DNA of 63,907 nucleotides, counting the filler, from Octopus bimaculoides (Eukaryota), in the NCBI RefSeq assembly GCF_001194135.2. It is 4 parts of 4 records of this genome, joined end to end, with 100 filler letters (N's around TTAATTAATTAA, not from the genome) between each part and the next. Parts side by side here need not be neighbours in the genome. Positions count along the whole stretch, not along the records: positions 58,489 to 63,907 come from NC_069005.1; 3 more parts are not named here. One strand, given 5' to 3'. Made by a program: the position numbers and the translations under genes. Under the pieces are notes generated by a model, which saw only the letters and a program-made list of their open reading frames with translations, did not search any database and had not been told where the DNA came from. Positions 62,267 through 63,907 of the stretch are shown here, in pieces (position 1 is the stretch's first letter; the number at the start of each line of letters is the position of its first letter).

Positions 62267-63140
62267 TTATATATATATATATAATATAATATATATATAT
62301 AGAGAGAGAGAGAGCGAGAGAGAGAAAGAGATGTATATTATGGTCATCCAAATTCACTCCCAAGTCATTGGTCAGCCCAGAGCTGGCATAAGGTGCCTCA
62401 CAGTGGGACTGAATCCAAAATATTGTGGTTACAAAGTAAGCTTCTTTAACCACACAACTGTGTCTGGGGTTTTTTTTTTTTTTTGGTTGGGAGCTGTCAA
62501 TTCGAGAACAGCTGATGTGATGTGATGTTCTTTTTTAAGATGAGCTGGTATGGTTTGAAGAAAATTTGGTTCTTATTTTTAGCAAGACAAGTGACCCTAC
62601 AGAGGCCACCCTGATAGCTCCATAGTCACGTCTGTCAGCTCTCCTTTTAACTGTAAATAGAGTTTGTAAGAAAGATAATATATAAGAAACAAAAAAGGGG
62701 GATAGAAAAGTGAGAGCAATACATTGTAAGAGGTGGAAGAAAACCCAACTAAATGGGGGTGAGATAGTAAAATACAAGATTTGACAATAATTTGGGGCTG
62801 GTTTTGCTTCTATTTTTCAGTGAATTAGTTTTGATGTTGAGCTAATCGTGTCTTATCAATGTTTTTTTTTTTTAACTTAAAATTCTGCCAAGAGCAAATG
62901 TCAACAATAGATAGGAAATGAATAGGATTGATGAATACAACCACATATATACATAAGGAATTACATACATACATACATGCACAAGTATATATGTGTATGT
63001 CTCGACAGGCAACTTTATGTATGAGAATGCATGCATCAAACAAAACGTGCAAATATGCTCATGTACTGCACCACATACACACATAACCTCACGATATTGT
63101 ATACTGTGCGATGTGTATAATTATTATTATTATTATTATT

Positions 63141-63506
63141 ATTACTTCCACCTTGTGAAGGCAGAGGCATTATTCACAGTTTGTTTGTTTGTCTGTGGAC
63201 AAGATATCTCTGGAACCACTGGATGGATTCAGATGAAACTTTCAGGGGTGTTTGGCCTCGTGACTGGCACAAACTGATTACGTTTTGGGATCAATCTGGT
63301 ACCGGACAAGGATTCTGGTTTATTTTTCCTGTTTTTTGTTTTTACTTAATTTTTGTGAGCAGTCTGGTTCATTTTTAGTATTCTCGTTTGTGAAAGCAGT
63401 CAAGTTTATTTCAGATAGTCTCATTTTAAAAATCATCCTTGGCTAATTGTTGTGAGGACGTTGGTGTTACCTTGGCAGAGGTTTATGCTCTCTGAGTCCT
63501 CTTGTT
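63141..63506 (+). mobile_element. Helentron-associated interspersed element (HINE/DINE-1-like)
   Basis: 5' acttccaccttgtgaaggcagagg hairpin/subTIR, (GTTT)n, ccactggatggattcagatgaaacttt, and 3' ccttggcagaggtttatgctctctgagtcctcttgtt; inserted in (TTA)n on both sides. Confidence 0.6.
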
Positions 63507-63714
63507 ATTATTATTATTATTATTATTATAGAACCGGTTTATACATCTGTGGGAAATATGGCTGAAGGGTAGAGAACACAAACTGAATGTTGGTCCCACC
63601 AGTCTTGGTTCATTACAATATCAAATAGCTTTTTATGGTGTTGACGACTATGAATTGGATAGAATAGCTCGTGAGTGTGTGTGTGTGTGTGTGTGTATTG
63701 TCAGCAACAAGTGT

Positions 63715-63866
63715 ACTGCTATTGCAATTGGCTTGAATAAAAACTAGGCTTAAAAAATAAGTCCTGGGGTTGATTTGTTTGACTAAAAAAAAAAAAAAAA
63801 CCTCTCAAGGTGGTGCTCCAGCATGGCCACAGTCAAATGACCGAAGCAAGTAAAAGAACGAAAGAA
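63715..63866 (+). mobile_element. SINE family B, 3' part
   Basis: taagtcctggggttgatttg...gtgctccagcatggccacagtcaaatga. Confidence 0.8.
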
Positions 63867-63907
63867 CATTCAGTTGAATCCAATCAATGTCTCTGAACAC
63901 TGTTATG

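Overview
This is AT-rich eukaryotic genomic DNA, dense in microsatellites and retroelements, with many assembly gaps. The repeat complement (tRNA-headed SINEs, RTE, L1/Tx1 and R4/Dong LINEs, mariner, hAT, a C2H2-ZNF relic) is most consistent with a coleoid cephalopod, probably Octopus; that is an inference from recalled repeat families, not a database result. I could not identify any intact host protein-coding gene. Nearly all ORF-track entries are microsatellite or N-gap read-throughs or transposon fragments. The window is four separately assembled pieces joined by an identical artificial 100-nt spacer (N44-TTAATTAATTAA-N44) at about 29.1, 51.0 and 58.4 kb, so contiguity across those points is unproven. 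The most interesting observations are: (1) a mariner derivative built from two inverted copies of the 5' end; (2) a chimeric mariner+SINE insertion enclosed by one 17-bp TSD; (3) a tRNA-Leu relic whose anticodon arm is replaced by a triplicated variable arm; (4) an R4/Dong element sitting in TAA repeats, and a young GC-rich Tx1-type RT fused to (CTAT)n; (5) a sharp CpG-poor to CpG-rich switch at the first join. I did not find a convincing novel multi-gene biological system. Family labels A to F are my own working names. Repeat boundaries are approximate (about +/-20 nt) unless stated exactly.
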